A stretch of 59,546 bases of DNA, the filler included, from Circinaria calcarea (lineage: Eukaryota), in the NCBI GenBank assembly GCA_051942165.1. It is 3 parts of 3 records of this genome, joined end to end, with 100 filler letters (N's around TTAATTAATTAA, not from the genome) between each part and the next. Parts side by side here need not be neighbours in the genome. Positions count along the whole stretch, not along the records: positions 1 to 19,791 come from JAVECS010000190.1; 2 more parts are not named here. The stretch is one strand, 5' to 3'. Shown here one piece after another: positions 1-13,555 of the stretch. The position numbers were made by a program, and so were the translations under genes. The notes beneath the pieces were generated by a model. It did not search any database and was not told the DNA's origin. It saw only the letters and a list, made by a program, of their open reading frames with translations. Position 1 is the first letter of the stretch, and the number at the start of each line of letters is the position of its first letter.

Positions 1-1
1 A

Positions 2-538
2 CGCAATCTATGGCGATTCATGGGTGGTGGCCTTTTACCGAGAGTGGTAGAAAACATGCTCGATGCAAAGGTAGAGCTAGATGGGAGACTGCGAACCGTG
101 ATCAACGACTTCACCACCAACTTTGCAAGCCGCATCACCGCCTCCATCAGCGGTTCTGCCGCAACCAAGCGCGACTTCACCGCCTCCACCGCCGTCCAGC
201 AGATCCACCAAACCGCTGAACGCGAGGTCCCTCTTCTCCGGCGCAAACTGGACGAGTACCTCGACGACCCGCGCACCAAGGAGACTCTTGTCGGTGCCGT
301 ACAGGACCAGGTGATACAGAATTACGAAACCTTTTACGAGCGGGTTTCGGCCGCGAAACAGCCGGACGGCCGGACGGTGAGTAGGAAGGGCAAGGGACGG
401 GAGGATGAGGTGTGGGATGTCGATACTTTTGCCGAGTGGGTCAGTGGGGTGTTTGAGGTCGGGAGGATGGGTTTCGGGGGTAAGCGGGACGATGGGAGAA
501 GTCGGAGTCGGAGTTTGAGTCGGAATGGGAGTGTGTAA
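2..538 (+). CDS. COG3: Conserved oligomeric Golgi complex subunit 3 (Sec34), C-terminal part; 5' end outside window
   Basis: Frame open from the window edge; LLPRVVENMLDAKVELDGRLRTVINDFT...LRRKLDEYLDDPRTKETLVGAVQDQV resembles the fungal COG3 C-terminus as I recall it. Confidence 0.7.
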   Translation, partial: RNLWRFMGGGLLPRVVENMLDAKVELDGRLRTVINDFTTNFASRITASISGSAATKRDFTASTAVQQIHQTAEREVPLLRRKLDEYLDDPRTKETLVGAVQDQVIQNYETFYERVSAAKQPDGRTVSRKGKGREDEVWDVDTFAEWVSGVFEVGRMGFGGKRDDGRSRSRSLSRNGSV

Positions 539-1080
539 TGGGATTGCGCTGGGTGACTGGACAGCTCCGGCGAGGAGTGTGTGTGGATGTGATGGTATAC
601 CAAACGGAGCTTTTTAAGACCAAATCATCAAATCAGTTTTCCTTTACGAGGCCATCTATAACCCGTACAAGAAATCAAGGTTGCACTCCTGTCCTACCCG
701 TGCAACTTTTATTTGTCTATATATGATGCTACTTAGGAGGAACTCCGCGGTAGGCACAAGCTAACGTTTAGTTGGCATAAACTATACTTTGAAGATTTAT
801 TCTCCAGTCTTCGAAAACGAGCAAGGTTATAACCGACAATAGGAAAGACATATATTCTCAGCCAAACTATGGCTTTTGGTATGCTCACAAACCTAAAAGA
901 TCATCCGGTTTTACAAGACAGCTAATGCCATCGATCGAATCATAATGGAATCTTTTTTTGGTATTTGGTCCAGGCTTCGCCCTAGTTCTTACTTCGTCCC
1001 CTTCACCGTGATGTCGAGTTCATCTCTCCTTCATCTCCCTTTCTTTTTTACATTCTTTTATTCTATTAACGAGCACTCTG

Positions 1081-3136
1081 TTAATAGAGCATAATCGGAC
1101 AAATTAATAGATATACGAAAGAAAACTTCTACCTTAGAGTTTTTTTATTAACAAACGAGGCAAAACGATTGCTAGGTTATTTTCCGTGGATGCCGTTCTC
1201 GCGGAACAAGCCATAGAGATTCAACAGCTTCGGTCAGAGCTCAATGCATCTAAAGACGCAATTAAAAAGCAACACGACCAGCTGCAAATATGCAAAGATG
1301 AGTTGTCGTCAGGCACAGAAGAGTTACAAAATATCTGCAGTCAACATGCCATTGATAACCAACAGCTTCGATCAGAGCTCAACCAACACGTCAGTGAGAA
1401 ACAACAGCTCCACTCAGAACTCAACGAGCTACGTTTAGCTAAAGATACAACCCAAGCGGACTTTCACCAGCTCCAAACATGCAAAGATGCGTTGTTATTA
1501 GATAAAGAAGAGTTACAAAGTGCCTGCAACCAACATACCATTGATGACCAACAGCTCCGAGTAGAGCTTGATGCGTTACACCAGTCAAAGCAATCAATCG
1601 AGGAGGACTTTCGCCAGCTCCGAATATGCAAAGATGCATTGTCGTCAGGTAAAGAAGAGTTGCAAGATACTTACACCCAACAAACCACAGAGATCCAATA
1701 ACTCCGATCAGAACTGGATTCGCTACAACAATCAAAAAAGGCTACTGAGAAACAACTTTGTTAGGTTTATCTATCTAAAAAGGAGCAACTGGCCTCAAGC
1801 CAAAAGAAGCTGCAAGATATGATCGGTCAACATACCATTAATAACCAACGGCTCCGATCAGAACTGGATGCGCTAGATCAATCGAAACAGTCGATCGAGG
1901 AACAACTTCGCCAGATCCATCTAAAGAAGAGTAACTGGCATTAAGTCGGTACAAGTTACAAGATACAATCAATGAACATACCAATGAGAAACAACAGCTT
2001 GAGAAAGAGGCACAGAAAAAGGCGGGAGCGGTGGAAGCGAAATGGATGAGAGATTGCAATGACCATGCAATTAGGCTGTTGATCGAGCGGGGGAAAAAGC
2101 TAGATGCTGATTTTTTTGACAAAGTTAATGCTACGGTACAGATAAGAATGGGCAAGTGGATGGACAGTCTCATGAAAGACAATAGAGAAGCAGCAGATAA
2201 GTGGCGCGCCCAATACGATAACCTTTAGAGAAATATGTCAAACGGGAGGATGCCTCCACTCAGGTTAGCGGCCTCAAATTTGATATCTCGAACTTGACAA
2301 GGCAACGCGATAAGCTTGAAGCCACTGCTAGTAGAGTTCCACTTCTTGAGGAGAAAGTGGCTAAACTGTCAGGTACATGTCGCGAGCTAGGCCATTCAGC
2401 GGATATGGTTCCTACGCTCCAGGACCAGATTATAAAGCCTGAAAGACAATCCACTAATCTCCGCAACCGAGCTTGACATGGCAAGAAGCAGCAATGACAC
2501 GGTAGGAAATGGAATCGGAGAGAGTCGACAAGCATTAGCAGGGCTTCAGGCAAAGTTACAAGAGAGCTGAACAAGAGAAGTTACGGCTAAGCAATCAACT
2601 TCAAATAGCAACTAAATGTACTGGATACCTCTGCCGAGTATTTATCAGTGCGTCAGAGTCTTGACGATGTACAGAATCAGGTGGAATTGTTGCAACGAAA
2701 GAATACCAGATCGCAATCCTTCCGCCCGGAACCGCAGAATGAAAACCAGCATCGAACCGGGATCAAGTAAGTGAACGGTCATCCCAGTCAACGCAAAAAC
2801 AAACCGCGATCCCGTATCAACTACAGGTTCCTCCGTGACCAGCCAGCACAATTCCCTGAAACTGACGTCGAAAGAGCCACCTTTCCGAGGATATATGCTA
2901 CGAGTACTTTGACAAATCAAGTCGAAAGTTTCATGGAAGATGTAAAGGAAAGAAAGGAATCTCTTCTTACTAAACCGTCTAGGAAGCCGAATTCGTCGTG
3001 TTTACGACCACGCACGGTATATCAGACGAGAAGGGATCAGCTTGGGTATTGGGGGCGAGGGACCTTGGTGGATTTTGTAGGGAATTTTTTATCATTCAAG
3101 ATAGGATGGGATGGACGCATGATAGGGTTAGAATAA
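1081..3136 (+). pseudogene. Decayed coiled-coil repeat protein gene (boundaries approximate)
   Basis: Heptad-rich Q/E/L/K fragments 1186-1701, 2031-2228, 2294-2476 broken by stops (TAA 1699, TAG 1762, TAA 1932) and frameshifts (4-nt ATCT loss near 1920; shifts near 2226 and 2470); AT-richer than the flanking genes. Confidence 0.7.
1222..1990 (+). repeat. Degenerate ~147-bp (49-codon) coding tandem repeat, about 5 units
   Basis: CAA-CAG-CTC-CGA-TCA-GAA (QQLRSE)-like motif at 1402, 1549, 1696 and 1846 (spacings 147, 147, 150), with further copies near 1222 and 1360. Confidence 0.85.
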
Positions 3137-3625
3137 GATGGTAGAGACGTGGCAACGTGACCGCAGTTGTGGTGATGGACGCAGAGAGAAAAGGGACTAC
3201 CTTGGGCAATGTTTGAGGCTTTTTTCAATACCCCATTCCCCCTCCCTCCCCCAGCCTAGCCTAGATCAAACTCAAGACCTATATACCCGGGTGTCCTCTA
3301 CTCACCCCCGGCTTGAAAATATTCCAAACAGAGGAAAAGGTAAAGGAGGTAATCCATACCAGTATGAATACAACTTTTTTTGCCAATCGTGAATCAAGAA
3401 GGGGAAGAATGATTTTCAGAGCCGAGCTCGAAAGCCCCTGGAAACGCCCCGAAGCCCGCTCCCATGCAGAAAATCCGTGACCCCGCCCAAACGGGAGACG
3501 GTGACATTGATCGTTCCCTCGTGTTTCCGTCCTATTGTGCCGTTCATGCCACCAATCCTTCTTAAGAGAGCGCAGAGGCTCAATTGCATTTCCACCTCTT
3601 TTTATCCCATAGTCGTCTAGATAGG

Positions 3626-5014
3626 TTATCCCCCGGCCCGATTCCATAGCCCCCTTGTGGTTTCTTGCACCCTCCTTTCTTGCTCTCGAATCATCTCCTC
3701 CGTTTGTCCTCGTCCATGCCCTCGGCTGTCAATCTCCATCCTATCGCCCCCATCACCCACGACTTTCTCCTCCTCGTGTTGCTTGACCCCATTTTTCGGA
3801 TCCTTGCTCAAAGCCCCGTTCATCATTCCCGCGGCGCCTCCCTCCCTCAGTTTGTTGATCGCTCTAATCGTATCAATTGCCGCATGCAGCGTCCTCCTCG
3901 CGTTGAAATTCTTCTTCACAACCGGTAGTAGATCCTCGTGCGTGCCATTGTCCTCGCCGGAGCCAGTTTCGGCGACAAAGGGGTGTGCGAGAGCTTGGTG
4001 GGCCGTCATGCGTGATGTTGGGTCAATAGTCAGGCAACGCTTTATAAATTCACGGGCGGAGAGGGAGACCCCGCGCCAGTACTCGAGGGGTGTGAAAGAG
4101 AAGTCGGCGACGAGGATGGCTTGCATTTCTTCAAGATTGGAGTCACGGTCAAAGGGCGTGTAGCCGCAGAGCAGAAAGTAGGTTATAACGCCGATGGCCC
4201 ACACGTCGCTATAGTGGAGCATGTGTCAGGATTCACCCAGCGACTGACGAGAAGGTGGGCAAGATACATACACGGGCTTGCCATGGCCTGTCTTCTTGAA
4301 TATTTCCGGAGCCATGTAACCAGGCGTACCACATGTGGTGGTAAGGACATGGAAAGCTTCCTCGTCCATTATTCGTGATAGTCCAAAGTCGGCTATTAGA
4401 AGATCTGCATTGTCTTCGGGCGTTCTGAATAGCAGATTCTCGGGCTTCAAATCGCGGTGGACTATACCATGGTCATGAAGGTATGCGACGGCCGAGAGTG
4501 TTGCGCGGATAAGGTCTGCTGCGTCTGATTCATAGTAGCTTCCCTTCCGACATATCCGATCAAAGAGTTCTCCACCTAGGGCGAGATCCGTCACTAGGTA
4601 TACTAACCATTGGGCATCATATCAGCGATTGGGCCCGAGGTCTGAAACGACGGAGATCTCGTACGGTTGTTCATGGTCTCGAAGTAGTCCACCAACGTTA
4701 GGATATTCTGATGACCCATTGATACCCGCTTGAGAACTGCGATCTCATTCCGTACCTGCACGCTGTCGTGTCAGCCTCACCGTTTAGAAGCTGAACCAGA
4801 TGATTTTTTAGGAGGGACTACTGCTAACCATATGCTCCCGCCCCGCCATCATTCTCTTATTAATGACCTTGGCGGCATAGTACCTGCCGGTATCTATATG
4901 TACGCACTCCTTGACCACTGAGTACGACCCTGCGCCAAGGGTTTTGCCGGTCTTGTAACGACATGGCTGAATCTGAGGTCGCGCTGGCTGACCATTGTGC
5001 GCCGGTGCGGCCAT
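3626..5014 (-). CDS. cmkB: Calcium/calmodulin-dependent protein kinase (CaMK I type, CmkB-like), multi-exon
   Basis: Spliced ORF pieces give QPCRYKTGKTLGAGSYSVVKECVHIDTG, HRDLKPEN, DFG, TTCGTPGYMAPE and FNARRTLHAAIDTIRAINKLR; ATG at 5014. Confidence 0.92.
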
Positions 5015-5602
5015 TGTCCCGTGAAGTGGTGAGCGACCGTCTTGGAGGCTTTTATGGAGTGGTGAAGTGATGTTGGTGCCCCAATGGCTAGGGCTGCCTA
5101 AAGTACCGATAAGGTTGATATAGATCGGATGACACCTGCCTAAGGATAGCGGATTTTGGAGGATTGTCGGGAACAGAAAGCCACAAGAAAGAGCTTGGGC
5201 GAGAGCGAGTTGCACAGTTTATCTAAATAGTTCGGCCGTACTGCTCCTATCTGTGGGGTGGATCGAAGCTGCCCTCAGTTGTCGGTGGGATAGAGGTGTG
5301 TAAGCGCAAATTGCGGGAGCCACGTACGTGCTAGTAGATAGAGGAGAGAGGGCGGAGGGTTTCAGGCACCGAAACTAGTCCGCGTATTGAATAAGCTTAT
5401 AAAGAAGCCAAGACCCATAGGATCAATCATGGAGGGCAACGAGCGAGAGAGGACAATCCCGTCAGCCAGTCCATTTACGACGAATGCGAGAGGACTGGAC
5501 TCTGAACTGCGCGATGATACCCCAATTGACAAACGCGTTGTACTAAAAAAGATTCTCTCTATAGGTATCGCTCCCATCACCATCTATAGTTTATACCCGA
5601 GT

Positions 5603-6650
<1,048 letters not shown>

Positions 6651-7476
6651 TCAAGTTACTATATATTAAGCTCCTTCAGCCCAGCTTTGAGGAGTATCTT
6701 CAATGGAGGTTGGTGTAGAGGGGTTTCCTGAAGTTAGGCGGAAGGGTAACGCTGAATGGTACAGCAAGCAAGATGCAAAAATCTGATCTAGGAATCAATC
6801 GCCTGGAGACCCATGAGGACTGCGAAACGGCGGTGTTCTAGGTCTCCCAGCCTCGTTGATTAGGGTTCGTAGGGAGGAAGGTTCGGGGCTCGGAAACAGT
6901 TGGATTTGATAATGACCTTTACATCCGGCCGTTGTACTGCATAACTTTATGCATATCGACTCTTGTGCAACTGACTGCACTTCTCCATCAATATAAACTG
7001 TGGACTGGCGAAAGAGTGAATAGCAAAGATTCCTAATGTCTCTACAACTGTACCAATTTGGGTTTGTAAGACACCTACTAGAGCAGTAGCATTCATAGAG
7101 ACCAAACAATCAATGAAACATGGTACTTGGAAGATGCAAAACTAAATCCAACTTTGCAAAGCACGTCCTTAAACAATGCTAGACGTCCACTCCTTTTCAA
7201 ACCATACCCACCCACCTCCATCCAGACCCATGGCTGCCATCTTACCTACCTGCTCTCCCACACACCTTCAGTCCCCTTCTCTTTTCCCCCGGTAAATCCA
7301 CTATACCCCAAGACACTTCATTGTCCAAAACCTCACCAGGACCTCTCCTGTAAAGGTTAGCAGCGAAGCTATGGCATGCCCCTGAGTGCGGAGGGTCCTT
7401 TATAGGAGGGAAACGTAGACGACGACGATGACGAGCTCGTCGCCACCACGCCTTTCTTATTCAAGCTCATGGATCT

Positions 7477-7504
7477 TTACAGCTTACAGCTTACAGCTTA
7501 CAGC
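7477..7504 (+). repeat. (TTACAGC)4 perfect tandem repeat
   Basis: Read directly from the sequence. Confidence 0.9.
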
Positions 7505-8272
7505 CTACCGGGTAGGGAAGTAAGGTATGCATCAAAGGATTACAGAGTGGCCAGAAACACATAATGTGCATATCTTAGTCACACTACGAGTAGCAGCTAA
7601 GAGACCAGAATTTAGGGTTTTAAGGCTTTTTTTGGTGATTGTTTTCTAATTTTAGGCAAAAGCAACGCAATTTATCCATCTGTCCATCCCTTCATCAAGG
7701 TTCGTATCCTCTCCCATTCGTGGCTGAACGGTATCTTTCCCATCATCTCGTCATCTCGTCGTCAAGCCATTGAATGGGAGGAAAAGGAAAAAGCCAAAGC
7801 AGAAAACATCACAACCAGAGGCCCTCCACCCTCTCTCCCCTCCATCATCGAACCCTCGCCTTCCAATCTTAACTGAAGTCTAAATAGGACCAACTCACAA
7901 TCCGCAAGCCCCGTCCATCGACCAGTGTTCGGGGAATGAAAGGTAAAAGATGGATTCTAGGCGGAAGAAAGAGTACACAAAGAAAGAGCCAAAGGTGTGG
8001 TGTAGAGACGACAGCATGTGCAACCACGTCTGATCTAGATAAGTCTCTTTGTGTAAGACGAATGCAGATCAGGAAGTTATGCGAGTGGTACATGCGTGAA
8101 AGAGCAATTTTGGTGACATGTAAAAGAGGAAAGCACCTGCCAGTGCTCGTTGTAACTTTTGTAAGAAGGGAGAGAATGTGACAGGATAAAAGTCACGCAG
8201 CACCAGAAACACCCGAGTGGCGTTGTAACTAGCCTCCACATCCATGGTGGCTGTTCGAATTGAGTAGGTGAC

Positions 8273-11200
8273 TTAAATGTACCACATTCCCCAGCAAATC
8301 CCGTTGGAATTCTCCATTGGGAGCAGTGGCTTTGTTTCCGTAGGGGGCTTCTCGGCTGAGCTCGAAGACATCATCAAACCTCCTATTGCCTCCGCAGCGC
8401 GTATTGCTTCTGCATGCTCAAGGGCCTTTCTATCTTCGGTAGCCTTGTGTGGACCTTGGCTAGCGGAGATGTCCTCATGGGACTTGGCACGGTTCGATGC
8501 CAAGTGAGCATAATACACAGCGGGGTCTATTACAATATCAGCCAGTCATCATATCCAAGCAGTATTACACGATAACTTACGTAGCGATACTGGCGTGGTG
8601 GATCGCATGTACTGATAGCACTGCTCATAAATCATGTTTTGCAGGTCGCTAGCGGACATGTCCATTTCGTCCATCAACACGTGGTAGTGCGTCGGACGTG
8701 CTGTGCCCTGTATGGCCGAATGTGAGTTGAGGTAGAAGTCGTACTCGAAAGGATGCGTGACGTCCTTCTCGACTAGTGTACCCGGTTGAGGATTTCCATT
8801 ATTGTCACCCTTTTGCGGGAAGAAGCGAATGTGGTGACGCTTGGATGCAACGATGACAGTGAATTTGATGTCCTTGAGCACTCTATTGTCGTTGCCAAAC
8901 AAGGCAGTCCAGACACGCTTTAGATCACGAACCTCTTGCTGCATGACGTGTTGATATTGGCCCTCTGAAACGCCATCGCGGAAATAGATGACGTGTGCTG
9001 GCTTACGACCCTGACCCACGGTCTCCATCCAATTCCTAAAGAGTGGCATCAACATCTGTTCCATATTAGACGTCGTGATCATTTCGACACGGTGACCGTT
9101 GGTCTCGCAAGCAGCGGCATATCGGAGACAAAGGGCATCCATTGAGACAGTCAGCGCTGCCATGGATGGCTGCATGCTACCGGGAGATGCATGAGACACA
9201 TCGGCTCCCACAATGATCGTTGGGACTTTGAAATGTCCGTATGGAGATTTCTATCGTACGTGTCAGTATACCGCAACAACAAAGCCGAGGATAGATAGGT
9301 TGCTCACGCCTGGCACTCTAGAGGTAGCTCCTCCAAGCTTGGCATTGAACTTCATCAATACATTGGAGATGTATTGAGGTTGCCGCTTCTTGATGTGGGC
9401 GTTCTGCATACATTGGGAGACAACACCCCATCGACAGTCACAAGACTTCTTGATACGCGTGTATTGAAACGCATCTTTGCTTGACAGCATAAAGACCATC
9501 ATCTGTGGTCTCTTATTGTCTATAGAGATCAGGAGGTCAGTCTCAATTCTTTTAATTAGGGTGGCAGCAGTGTGACGAACAGGCGTTGCCTATCTGCGAG
9601 AAAAAGTTCAAAATCGTGGCCCCAATATCCGAACCACCTTGGGTAATGAGCGGAGTTGGGTTCGAAACGACACCACCGTGCTCCTTGTAAATCCGGACAA
9701 AATCTGCGATGAATGCACGCGCTTCTGTCGGGTCGACTATGTCACGCCTGGTGAAATGTCAGCTTCTCCATGTTCGCAATATTGCCGTAGAAGGCAAAAC
9801 GACATACCCATTCCCATTGACGACGCAGACGCCCCAGGATATCAACGGCTGCGAGTTAGGTCTAAAAAACTTCTTCTGATCTATGCGCCAGCGGCCTGAA
9901 TACATAGGCTTTAACTGGAACTTGCCCCCAAACTCGACGGCGGGAGGAGCCAAGAGCCGGGCCTGGGTTGCCAACATCGATGATTCGATGTTCATATTGT
10001 AGCCCTTGAGGAAGGGGTCTTCACTCCAATTGAGGAGGTTTAGTCCACCTTGAATGTCAGCTTTACGCTGGCTCGGCCTCGTCACGGCAAACTTGATCAT
10101 CGACTTGGTCTGTGATGCAAGTCAGTCTATGGTGAGCAGTAAAGAATACATCGGAACCTTACCTGCTCCTCATCCAGCTTGAACGGGTAACGCTGCCCTT
10201 CTTCCACAACACAGACCTCCATGGGGAATGCGACACCTTTCTTCATAGTCTCCACAACTGGAAGATGAGGGAATTCCAAGTGAATGTCATACTTCAACTT
10301 GAAGTACTCATTGAGCGAGACGTTGGGTCGTACGGTACCGGTTGACCGATCGTTCAGGTCAAACTTCCACGTATGGCTGCTGAGGTAGGAGAAGCATTTG
10401 ATGGTCCAAATCTTCTTTTTTAGATTCTCTGGGTAGTTGCGACAAATCACGTGGAACTTCGCCTTGTTGAGTTTTCTCAATTTCATCATGAAAATGTGAT
10501 CAGTCTTCGCTGCACCTTGCGTCTTCTCCGTTTTCTGGGTAGCGCGTGACAGGTCTCCAATGCCATTGCTACCACAGGCTGCAGCGGCGAGCACAGTCAA
10601 TTTCCATGGGCCCCAGAAGGTTGAATTCGACACATCGACGTTCACAATGAGTTTGCCGCCCTGAATATGTCAGTACTCTAAGGTCAAGTCCGAACATGAT
10701 TCTAGGATGAAGACAGACCTGAGCAGCACGGATCGATTGGTAAACCCCCTTCATCGCTTCGACGCCACCGCCAATCGAAGCCCTCGCAGTAATCTTGGAA
10801 TGGAAGAATGATCGTTTGATCGCAATCATACGTTTGGAAGGATCCTCACGGAGAAGATGATCGAGAAAGCCTAAATGCATCAGTACCATATTTGGTGAAA
10901 TCCTGGACATGAATACTCACTGATCGCCTCGAGGACAGAGTTGTCAAACGCCATCGTTCCATTCAAATAGGCTTGAAGCGCCACCAGGTTGACATAGCCT
11001 GTCCTACGTATAGAAATCTTGTGGGTGTTGGAGCGCCCTTCTCTCGGGGGAATGTTCTTGTCTTTATCGAGGTCAATCATCATCTTCATCTCACCCGGTT
11101 TATCTACCGCCGACCTACACAGACCATAAGCAACGAGGATAATCATCGGCGTGGATTGCCTACCAGGCAATCTTGTTTCCATCGAAAATCCAGGATGTTG

Positions 11201-12640
11201 ATCCATTGGGATTTCTAAGCTTCTTCTGCAGCTGGGGACTCTCCCAGACCATACGGATGAGGCCCCGTTTCTCATTACCGTTTCCGATGTTGACCTTTTG
11301 TCTTGTTAGCGACAATCAGTTCAACTGCGAAGAAACGAGATGTCTGCATTCGCTAGTGACTTTTCAACAATCAAGTCGTGCTAGAATACGAACAGAAGGG
11401 CATGTTCACTGCATCAACAGGTAGGGATAACTCACATCATATTGGATGACTTTTGTAGTCGGAAAATTCTTTACAAGGTACGAGTTGATATTGACAATGG
11501 TTTGTTGCCCCGTCGCGTTGCCCGTCTTGGGACGACGCATAAGTTCGGTCGGGACGTCATACTGTTTTGCATCAGGCCCAACGTCAGCAAATCGCAATCG
11601 ATACTCATCCTTCTCCTTCTTGTCAGAGTCCTTTTTAGAAGGCTCCGATTTTTGCGACCCGGACTTGGAAGGATCCATTCCGACTTAATACAAAGTAGGC
11701 GAACAGATATGCTGAATGGAAATGGAGGAAGACGTGGCAGAGAAATGGGGGGGTTGGAGAAGTGGAAGAGGGATGGGATGATCTGGGATGGATGTACTTT
11801 ACAATGACCCAGCGCCCAATGAATGCCAGATGGCTGATGGAAGTGGTAGAGGTGTATGTGTTTGATAGCAGTGAGTTGTTGCTTATTATGCCAAAGGAAG
11901 AAGGAGTAGATGATACGAGGTGAGGTAGGGTAAGGCGAAGTGTGCGACTGTGTGGTGGTGGGAGGATGTGGGAGGGAGAGTTTGGGCGGGAAGGAAGGGT
12001 GTGTTTTGTACCCCTCGATGACCGGCAGTGAATTCTAGGTAGCTGTGAAAAAACCGTGAAGGCAGTGCGTGAAGATGCTGTGTGAATTCTCGAGCCGTAA
12101 AAACTGCAATTCACTTGCGTATGTAGGTGACGGAGCTGGAGAAAGTACACAGATACATGGAGGGAATCAGGTTATTTATCGACGAAAAAGCAGATTGACA
12201 AAGGACGGACATTCTCCCAAGTCAAGGTCACGAGCATCCCTGAGCAAACATTCCGGACTCACCTGACTCCACATGTTGTACGCATTGCCGGGCAAATCAA
12301 CGTTTCGGTTGAACGCTGGTGGCGGGGCCGGACCTCGAGGTGCTGGACCTGCACCTGGCGAAGGAGCGGAACCACCATGACTCGATGGAGCTGGCGCATT
12401 AGACATTTGTCGGCCATGCACGGATGCTGGGGGCCCTGACAGAGAGGCCGGTCTCGGATCATTGGGACCATCGTATGATTCGGGCAAGGAGGGTGTGGGC
12501 TCGAGAGCGGGAGCTCGTGTGCCCTCGCCTGAATTACCCTGAGTCCCGGAAAGGTTGCCGCCACTAACGTTACCGTTGTTGGGTCCGCTATGATTGTCTC
12601 CACGCGCCTTCTGCGCACGCTTCTTCCCAGCTCCCGCCAT
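8273..12640 (-). CDS. Argonaute (QDE-2/Ago1-like), multi-exon
   Basis: PAZ (VSLNEYFKLKY...HLPVV...PMEVC), MID (SQC...PQYISNVLMKFNAKLGG), PIWI (GADVSH, FRDGVSEGQ, ASKRHHIRFFP, SHSAIQGTARPTHY, YYAHLA) and C-terminal MWYI. Catalytic D-D-H positions present; ATG 12640; first intron 12262-11562. Confidence 0.96.
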
Positions 12641-13555
12641 TATGGAGGCGTTTGACGGACTTGAAGAATGAGGAAGGTTAGCTACCAACTCGGATGGAAG
12701 TGGTGGTAGGTGTGGATGAGAAGGATGAACGTGAGATGTGACAGGCAGGTGTTGATTGTGTGTTGCAAAACGTGGGCTTTAGGAGGAGTGTTGAAGATGG
12801 TAGATGAGTGAGGGAGCCAGTAATGAGGATGTATGTGATGATGGATGAGGGAGTAACTGATGTGCAATTTGGGTGATGAGGATCAGAGTTGCTGTAAGAT
12901 GGCAAAGTGCAGATGTGAGGAATGAGAATGATCGGTAGACTGCCAGACGGCTTCTAGGGCGTTACTTACGAACGTGGTGTGCAAGAGGTGTGGAGGATGT
13001 GATGAAGAAGAGTGGTGATGACAAGGTAAGTAGAGTTTGAAGCTGTAAGTCCAAGCTGTACGTGGTGCAGAGGATGGGTTGAGTGGGATGTGTAGGAAGA
13101 GGATGAAGGTGAAGAATGCAAGATGGATGAGGTGCAAGTTCTTAAGAGGTGCAGGACGAGCGAGCCAATCTCGCGAAGGTCAGTTTAGTTCAGTGCTTCG
13201 TACCTGTGAATGAGTGATGCAGCGAGACTGACGAACACTGATGGAGGTGTTGAGGTGGTGTTGTTGAAGGAAGAAGGGTGATTGGCTTGGGGTTGAAGGT
13301 GAAGTTGAGCGGTGATGAAGATGGAAGGGGAGCTTGTGATGTAAACACAAGCTGCAGTCGAGGCTACGCGAAGAGTGAAGGGAGATGAGCACTTTCGAGG
13401 ATACGAAAGCCTCTGGCACCAGACGCGAGACCTCCTGCGAGATCGAAAGTAGATGGAGGGATGAAGTTCCACCAGACGGTAGAGGTGGGTGTTACGAAGG
13501 TAGAGGGAAGGAAAGGAGCAGGGAGTGGAAGAGGAGAAGGAAAAGGAAGAGGGCG
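12641..13555 (-). promoter_or_regulatory. Probable long 5' leader and CT-rich promoter box of the Argonaute gene
   Basis: No ATG on the sense strand from 13579 to 12641; sense-strand polypyrimidine tract ~13500-13553; possible leader intron (GTAAGT 12969, GCTAAC 12682, AAG ~12660). Confidence 0.55.

Noticed and set aside
1222..1990. Regularly spaced repeats as a CRISPR-like array
   Set aside because: Whole units are homologous, codon-phased and diverged; no unique spacers or cas genes; eukaryotic context.
12678..13472. His/Ser-rich minus-strand ORFs upstream of Argonaute
   Set aside because: None starts with ATG; they reflect the CAT/CAC-rich leader composition.
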